From the NCBI GenBank assembly GCA_041391845.1, contig JAWKNG010000003.1, forward strand, positions 85,829 through 149,828: a DNA stretch of 64,000 nt, read 5' to 3'. The first letter of the stretch is position 1; each line of letters begins with the position of its first letter. Source of the DNA: Flavobacteriales bacterium. Lineage in GTDB: Bacteria; Bacteroidota; Bacteroidia; Flavobacteriales_F; PHOS-HE28. The notes beneath the pieces were generated by a model. It did no database searches, had not been told where the DNA came from, and saw only the letters and a program-made list of their open reading frames with translations. Below are positions 10,191 to 16,500 of this stretch, one piece after another. The position numbers were made by a program, and so were the translations under genes.

Positions 10191-10603
10191 TCGTCACAAG
10201 CTGATCCGATCTGACCGGCAACGTTCGGGCAGTTGTCCTGCGCATTGCAGATGCCATCACCATCGCTGTCGGGGCTCGGCGTTCCAACGCACTGGCAGTT
10301 CGCGTTCAGCACATCGTTCGTCGTGCACGGATCACCATCGTTGCAGCTCGATCCGATCTGACCGGCAACGTTCGGGCAGTTGTCCTGCGCGTTGCAGATG
10401 CCGTCACCATCGCTGTCGGGGCTCGGCGTTCCAACGCACTGGCAGTTCGCGTTCAGCACATCGTTCGTCGTGCACGGATCACCATCGTTGCAGCTCGACC
10501 CGATCTGACCGGCCACGTTCGGGCAGTTGTCCTGCGTTGCGGATGCGTCACCATCGCTGTCGGGCTCGGCGTTCCAACGCACTGGCAGTTCGCGTTCAGC
10601 CAT
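8657..10603 (-). CDS. Internal fragment of the giant cargo gene (3 TSP3-type 49-aa units followed by about 12 Cys-rich 39/41-aa units)
   Basis: 648-aa ORF. In-frame repeats CQCVGTPSPDSDGDGICNAQDNCPNVAGQIGSSCNDGDPCTTNDVLNAN, then DCEGVANGSALPGTPCNDGNANTINDVWSANCSCAGTPVTF and DCLGVAGGTALPGTSCNDGNASTGNDTWNANCQCVGQVI. Both ends run into garbled repeat copies. Confidence 0.6.
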   Translation of the reverse strand: MAERELPVRWNAEPDSDGDASATQDNCPNVAGQIGSSCNDGDPCTTNDVLNANCQCVGTPSPDSDGDGICNAQDNCPNVAGQIGSSCNDGDPCTTNDVLNANCQCVGTPSPDSDGDGICNAQDNCPNVAGQIGSACDDGNANTINDVLLANCSCAGTPVTFDCEGVANGTALPGTPCNDGNASTGNDTWNANCQCVGQVIDCLGVAGGTALPGTSCNDGNANTINDVWSANCTCAGTPVTFDCEGVANGSALPGTPCNDGNSSTGNDTWNANCQCVGQVIDCLGVAGGTALPGTACNDGNANTINDVWSANCSCVGTPVTFDCEGVANGSALPGTPCNDGNANTINDVWSANCSCAGTPGTFDCEGVANGSALPGTPCNDGNSNTINDVWSANCTCAGTPVTFDCEGVANGSALPGTPCNDGNSNTINDVWSASCTCAGTPVTFDCEGVANGSALPGTPCNDGDASTGNDTWNANCQCVGQVIDCLGVAGGTALPGTPCNDGNASTGNDTWNANCQCVGQVIDCLGVAGGTALPGTSCNDGNANTINDVWSANCTCAGTPVTFDCEGVANGAALPGTPCNDGNSSTGNDTWNANCQCVGQVIDCLGWVRPQRWQREHIRCVGATACVVRRDLRLRRCGRRMPGTPCND

Positions 10604-11545
10604 CGTTCATCGTGCACGGATCACCATCGTTGCAGCTCGACCCGATGCGACCGGCCACGTTCGGGCAGTTGTCCTGCGCGTTGCAGATGCTGTCACCATC
10701 GCTGTCGGGCTCGGCGTTCCAACGCACTGGCAGTTCGCGTTCAGCACATCGTTCGTCGTGCACGATCATCGTTGCGCCAACCTCGACCGGCACGTCCGGT
10801 GTCCTGCGTTGCAGATGCCGTCACCATTGCGGGGCTCGCGTTCAACGCACTGGCAGTCGCGCAGCATCGTTCGTCGACGGACCCCATCGTTGCACATCCG
10901 TCGACGGCACGTTCGGGCAGTTTCCGCGCGTGCGATGCCGTCCATCGCTGTCGGCTCGGCGTTCCAACGCACTGGCAGTTCGCGTTCACACTCGTTCGTC
11001 GGCAGACCCATCACGTTGCAGCTCGATCCGATCTGACCGGCCACGTTCGGGCAGTTGTCCTGGGCATTACAGATGCCGTCACCATCGCTGTCGGGGCTCG
11101 GCGTTCCAACGCACTGGCAGTTCGCGTTCAGCACATCGTTCGTCGTGCACGGATCACCATCGTTGCAGCTCGATCCGATCTGACCGGCCACGTTCGGGCA
11201 GTTGTCCTGCGCGTTGCAGATGCCGTCGCCATCGCTGTCGGGGCTTGGCGTTCCAACGCACTGGCAGTTCGCGTTCAGCACATCGTTCGTCGTGCACGGA
11301 TCACCATCGTTGCAGCTCGATCCGATCTGTCCGGCAACGTTCGGGCAGTTGTCCTGGGCATTACAGATGCCGTCGCCATCGCTGTCGGGGCTCGGCGTTC
11401 CAACGCACTGGCAGTTCGCGTTCAGCACATCGTTCGTCGTGCATGGATCACCATCGTTGCAGCTCGATCCGATCTGACCGGCAACGTTCGGGCAGTTGTC
11501 CTGCGCGTTGCAGATGCCGTCACCATCGCTGTCGGGGCTGGGTGT
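10200..11545 (-). repeat. Coding tandem array of 147-nt units (49 aa, TSP3-like DSDGDGICNAQDNCP plus a Cys-rich half), about 9-10 units
   Basis: TPSPDSDGDGICNAQDNCPNVAGQIGSSCNDGDPCTTNDVLNANCQCVG is repeated 4 times intact at about 11040-11545 and 3 times intact at about 10200-10540. Garbled copies lie in between. Confidence 0.85.
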
Positions 11546-13402
11546 TCCAACGCACTGGCAGTTCGCGTTCCAAGTATCGTTCGTGGTACAGGCATTACCA
11601 TCGTTGCAGGCGGTACCAGGGACGGAGGGACCGCCGACCACACCCTGGCAATCGGGAGCAGCCGTCCCGGATGCAGTGGCCATGGCTCCGAGCGACAGGT
11701 TCTGATAGCGTCCGCTATGGCTCACCTGGACCTTCACGGCACGCACCATGTACTCACGTCCTGCGATGAACGGGATGGCCGGGTTGAGGTAGTTGGCATT
11801 GGTCACGGGGGAGGAAGTGAGCCGCTGCGGCTGCTGGGTCGCCGGGTCTATCTGGTAGACATGGTATCCGTCCACCGGTTCTGTGGATGCCGTCCAACTG
11901 AAGGAGGCGATGCCGTTGTTGTTGGCCACCGCCAGGTTGGTCGGGGGAGCCACCATGTACATGCGGAGCGTTGGGTCGCCCATCAGCCCGAGGTGGGTCT
12001 TGCCCATGCTCCCTTGCCAGCCCTCGGTCAGCGGCACGTAGAGCGAGGTGTTGTTCATCGAAGTGAGCGTGCTCGATCCGATGGTCTCTCCCATCCCCAT
12101 GTGGTGGAAATACCACACCGGGATGGCCGCCCAACAATTGGTCAGCGCCTGTCCGCTGGCGAGGGGTGCGCGCAGGAAATTGTTCTTGTTGTCCCAGTCC
12201 CCGAAGTAGCTTCCGAAGGACATATTGAAGACACCACCCATGCTCACAGGGCCAGCGTAATCCTGGGTGGTCGCCACATTGTTCGCGCCATTGTATGTGA
12301 GCACACTGCCCTCATACCACTGTGAGCCACCGCCAGAGGCATAGGTCCAGAGATAGCTCTGTCCGTTGACATACGTGTGGAACGGACTTCCGTAGGGATA
12401 TGCTTCGGTGATGTTGGCATGACCGACGAGCGGTGCGATGTTGCGCCAGCCACTGCCGGCGAGCGGGTTGTTCACCCACTGCAGGTTGTCGAACACGATG
12501 CCACGCACCTGGGGGCTCCATGCCCTCAGCTTGTACTGGCGCACCTTGTTGAGGTAGCTGCGCATGAGCTCCACCTCGCTCTGACCGAAGGCCGGCATGT
12601 CGAACATGTCCACACGTCCCACCTGGAGTTCCAAGGGCGAAGGGAAGCTGCTCTGGTCGAACTTGCCATCACCCGGGATGTTGCGGTTCTCCGTCCGCTG
12701 AGCCCCGTTGGCATTGACGCTATTGTCGGTCCAGGTGCCGTTCAGTTCTCCGTAATAACCGTCACATGGCCAGGCACCTTGGTGCTCGCCATGACCATCG
12801 GGCGCGATGTTCCCCGAGTAAGGCACCGGGACATGCCCGATGATATAGAGCGCTTTAACGTTGGCCGGGTCGCTGTTGTAGTGACCGATGACCACGTTGC
12901 GGACCGACGCGACGGATGCCGTGCGGCTCACGTCGGACCGGAGCACGGACCAACCATCGGCGCGAAGGTCCTGGGTCAGCTGCTGCAGTTCGTTCGTCAG
13001 CGGCCCCGCCAGCTCCTGGTCCACGAGCAGTACGATCTTGCCGCGAAAATCCTCCATGGGCACATCGACCCCGGTGCTGATATAACCATTGCCCGTGCCG
13101 CTCGAAGCACTGCGCACCACGCGGTATTCATAGGCGGTTCCAGCGCTCACACTGTTGTCCGTGTAGGATGTGGCGCTACCCGGTGCGGTGGCAATGGCCG
13201 AGCCCCACGAGGTGGCGCTGCGCAACTTGCGGTAGATGGTGAAGCCGGTGGTGTTCGGATGTGTCGCCCACGTAAGCGTGATGCTGGGCGGTCCGTTCTG
13301 GACCGTGGCGCTGAGCTGTACAGCGGCCGATCTCGAAACGGTCTGGGCCTGCAGGACATGGACCAGCAGGAAACCCATTAGCAGCAGGACATGACGGATC
13401 AT
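10766..13402 (-). CDS. N-terminal fragment of the giant cargo gene (signal peptide, Fn3-like, C25-like head, second Fn3-like, first TSP3/Cys modules)
   Basis: 878-aa ORF. It aligns residue for residue with the paralogue, for example IIGHVPVPYSGN(I/L)APDGHGEH, GDGKFDQ, FGSYFGDWD, NNFLRAPLASG, FHHMGMGETIG and LMGDPTLRM. The last 60 or so codons are out-of-frame read-through into noisy zone 3. Confidence 0.75.
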   Translation of the reverse strand: MIRHVLLLMGFLLVHVLQAQTVSRSAAVQLSATVQNGPPSITLTWATHPNTTGFTIYRKLRSATSWGSAIATAPGSATSYTDNSVSAGTAYEYRVVRSASSGTGNGYISTGVDVPMEDFRGKIVLLVDQELAGPLTNELQQLTQDLRADGWSVLRSDVSRTASVASVRNVVIGHYNSDPANVKALYIIGHVPVPYSGNIAPDGHGEHQGAWPCDGYYGELNGTWTDNSVNANGAQRTENRNIPGDGKFDQSSFPSPLELQVGRVDMFDMPAFGQSEVELMRSYLNKVRQYKLRAWSPQVRGIVFDNLQWVNNPLAGSGWRNIAPLVGHANITEAYPYGSPFHTYVNGQSYLWTYASGGGSQWYEGSVLTYNGANNVATTQDYAGPVSMGGVFNMSFGSYFGDWDNKNNFLRAPLASGQALTNCWAAIPVWYFHHMGMGETIGSSTLTSMNNTSLYVPLTEGWQGSMGKTHLGLMGDPTLRMYMVAPPTNLAVANNNGIASFSWTASTEPVDGYHVYQIDPATQQPQRLTSSPVTNANYLNPAIPFIAGREYMVRAVKVQVSHSGRYQNLSLGAMATASGTAAPDCQGVVGGPSVPGTACNDGNACTTNDTWNANCQCVGTPSPDSDGDGICNAQDNCPNVAGQIGSSCNDGDPCTTNDVLNANCQCVGTPSPDSDGDGICNAQDNCPNVAGQIGSSCNDGDPCTTNDVLNANCQCVGTPSPDSDGDGICNAQDNCPNVAGQIGSSCNDGDPCTTNDVLNANCQCVGTPSPDSDGDGICNAQDNCPNVAGQIGSSCNVMGLPTNECERELPVRWNAEPTAMDGIARAETARTCRRRMCNDGVRRRTMLRDCQCVEREPRNGDGICNAGHRTCRSRLAQR

Positions 13403-13581
13403 GGCGGTTCGGTATGTTGGACTTCGGACCCGCTGTTCCCATCCTCAGCGCTGGCAGGCGCCCGCTCGCACATGGCAGTGTGCTCGCGTAGGGATGATCA
13501 CAGGGGACCGGGGCCTTATACCCGGACCGCTGAGAAAGGGTTACGAAAAGGGGTGGAGTGGAAGGGTCCGCAGGCCGGACC

Positions 13582-16500
13582 TCACAGCTTCACGATCCGT
13601 CCGTGGCCGATGAGCGTGCCATCGCGCTGCTGCACCACAACCAGGTAGGTACCGGGCGCCAATCCGCGCACATCGACCACCTGCGTGAAGGGCAGCTGCA
13701 GCGCCAACGCACCCAGCACATCGATGAACAGCACATGGCCCGGTTGATCCAGCTCGGCTGCGATACGCAGGTGTCCGTTCGTCGGGTTGGGATGCATCAC
13801 CAGCAGGCTCCGGTCCCGCAGCTCGTCGATGCCGATGTCGTCGCACGCATCGCCCACACCATTGCCATCGTCATCCTCCTGACCGGGGTTGGCCACCCAA
13901 GGGCAGTTGTCGCAGAGGTCGCCGATACCGTCCAGGTCCAGGTCGCCCTGCAGGGGATCGTTCACCTGCGGACAGAGGTCATCGCAATCGAGCACCCCGT
14001 CGCCATCGGCATCGGGGTTGGGTGGTATTCCAGTTGTACCACCCGCGCACACGCCACATCCATCGATGAAGGCGATGCCGTTGATGACCCCGGCACAATC
14101 AACCGCCTGCCCGATGCAGTCACAATCGATCGTCCATGTGTCATTGGCCGTGTTCGGGTCGCCATCATTGCAGGGCGTGCCAGGAAGCGCCAGGCCGCCA
14201 GCTACGTTCAGGCAGTCGAATGCCTGTCCCGTGCAGGTGCATGAGCTCGTCCATACATCGTTGCCGGTGTTCGGGTTCCCGTCATCACAGGGTGTGCCGG
14301 GCACCGCACCGCCTCCTGCAACACCCAGGCAATCGAAAGGCAGCCCGGAGCAGTCGCAATCGGCCGTCCAGACATCGTTCCCTGTGTCCGGGTCGCCATC
14401 ATCGCAGGGCGTGCCGGGCAAAGCCGGACCACCCACTACGCCGGCACAGTCGAATGGGATGCCGACACAGTTGCAATCCGCGTCCCATGCGTCATTACCG
14501 GTCCCCGGATCATTGTCGTCGCAGGCCGTACCGACCAACGCGGCACCACCGGGTGTTCCCAGACAATCCAGCAGCAGACCTGCGCAGGTGCAATCAGCTC
14601 CCCAGGTGTCGTTGCCCGTATGCGGATCCCCATCATCACAAGGAGTGCCGGGCACGGCCGATCCACCGGGAACGCCCGCACAATCCAACGGAAGACCGGC
14701 ACAGATGCAATCAGCCCCCCAGACATCATTGCCGGTCTGTGGATCGCCGTCGTCGCAGGGTGTTCCAGGCAGGCCTTCACCTCCGGGGGTCCCTGCACAA
14801 TCCAGGGGCAGCCCGGCGCAGGTGCAGTCATCGCCCCAGGTGTCATTTCCGGTCTGCGGGTCGCCATCGTCGCAGGCGGTGCCCGGCACGGCAGGCCCAC
14901 CCGGAACACCCGCGCAATCCAAGGGAAGTCCGGCGCAGGAACAATCCGCCTGCCACACGTCGTTGCCCGTGGCAGTATCGCCATCATCGCACGGGCTGCC
15001 TGGCAACGCCGGGCCGCCGATCACCCCATTGCAGTCGATCGGAATTCCGACACAGGTGCAATTCGCCGTCCACGTATCCAACGCCGTTCCCGGGTCCCCA
15101 TCATCACAGGACGTGCCGGGAAGCGCGGCACCATTGATGGTTCCCGCACAATCAACGGGCAGTCCTTCGCAGAGACAGTTGGCCGTCCAGCTGTCCTGGG
15201 TGGTGAAGGGATCCCCATCATCGCAGGAGCTTCCTGGCAGGGCACTGCCGTTCGGTATGCCCAGGCAATCGATCGGTGTGCCCAGGCAGGTGCAATCAGC
15301 GGTCCATGCATCCTCACTGGTGAACGGGTCGCCATCGTCGCAGGGAGTACCCGGTAGTGCGGCTCCTCCCGGAACGTCGAGACAGTCGAGCAACAGACCC
15401 GTGCACACGCAATCAGCGCTCCACACATCCCCCACGGTCTGTGGGTTCCCGTCATCGCATTCCACGCCCGGCAGGGTCGCTCCCCCAGGTATCCCGAAGC
15501 AGTCGATCAATTGACCCACGCAGGTGCAGGAAGCATCGTATGCATCGTTACCGGTGTTGGGATCACCGTCGTCACAGGGACTGCCCGGCCAGCTGTCGCC
15601 GCCCACCACACCCGCACAGTCGATGAGCAGGCCGGAGCAGGTGCAGTCCACACCCCAGGTGTCGTTGCCGGTCGCCGCGTTGCCATCATCGCAAGGGCTG
15701 CCCGGTACCGACGCGCCGCCCGGAACTCCAGCGCAATCGAGGGGAAGGCCGGCGCAATTGCATTGCGCGTCCCATATGTCGTTACCGGTGGTGGCGTCAC
15801 CATCATCACAGGGAGTGCCCGGCATGGCAGCACCACCGGACACACCTGCGCAATCCAGCCCGGTCCAGGTGCCCGCACAACTGCAGTCCTCAAGCAGGAC
15901 ATCATCCACCGTCAGCACCTGGCCATCATCGCAGCCGGTGCCGGGTAGCAGGGATCCGCCGGGAGTACCTGCACAATCCAAGGGCAAACCGGCACATTGG
16001 CAATCGGCTTGGTAGACATCATCACCGGTGGTGGCATCCCCGTCATCGCAAGGTGTCCCGGGAAGAGCGCCACCGCCCGGTGCTCCAGTGCAGTCCAAGG
16101 GTAGCCCGACGCATGCGCAATCGCTGTTCCATTGGTCGTTGCCGGTGGTGGCGTCCCCATCATCGCAGGGACTGCCTGGCAGGGCTGCGCCGCCCGGAAC
16201 CCCGAGGCAGTCGGCGGGCTGCTGTCCATAGGCGATGCACAGGCGCGGTGAACGTGTACTGCTCTGATCGCTGCTCCAGGCGGAACGGCGCCCGGTACCA
16301 TCGATGAGCACCACCACGGAATTGCCCGGCACCCATCCCGCACGGTCCACCAGTTCCTGCAGCGCAGGCGCGAGGTTCACGGTGCGTTGTGCGGAGGTGC
16401 TGGCGTTGGCCTGGCTCCATGCGGGAGGGGACCATGCCAGCGCGGTGGTCCTCGGTCGCGCGCTGTAGTTGAACGGATCGAAGCCCAGCGGCGGCGCATC

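Larger units (their letters stand above)
5871..13402 (-). pseudogene. Giant T9SS type-A cargo gene (about 2500 codons if intact): signal peptide, Fn3-like, C25(gingipain)-like head, about 10 TSP3-containing 49-aa units, about 30 Cys-rich 39/41-aa units, TSP3 repeats, Por_Secre_tail CTD. The reading frame is broken in three zones.
   Basis: N-terminus at 13402 (MIRHVLLLMGFLLVHVLQAQ). The C-terminus at 5871 has the CTD FTLYPNPARGTVQVRWG...GVYTVVARDAVGRPLARTRLIKQ. The architecture is colinear with the intact paralogue 13582..19287. The four track ORFs (10766..13402, 8657..10603, 7584..8273, 5871..7451) are all pieces of one repeat protein. They are separated by stretches where repeat units carry small indels. 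Confidence 0.7.

Noticed and set aside
6590-11545. Whether the regular 117-147-nt repeats could be a CRISPR array
   Set aside because: The units abut directly with no unique spacers. They are far longer than CRISPR repeats, are in-frame coding sequence of a repeat protein, and no cas genes are present.
5871-13402. Diversity-generating retroelement or invertase-driven phase variation acting on the repeat gene
   Set aside because: No reverse transcriptase, template repeat with adenine-specific differences, invertase or inverted-repeat switch is visible in the window. The variation seen is indels and unit shuffling, not A-to-N mutagenesis.
8558-15514. Long plus-strand ORFs (8558..10204, 10537..11769, 10772..12325, 13889..15514 and others) opposite the giant cargo genes
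   Set aside because: They are antisense reading of the Cys-rich repeat arrays and simply mirror the repeat periodicity (..HTFAVEGHRRTSAGAV.. repeated). The minus-strand frames carry a signal peptide, recognisable domains and a T9SS CTD.
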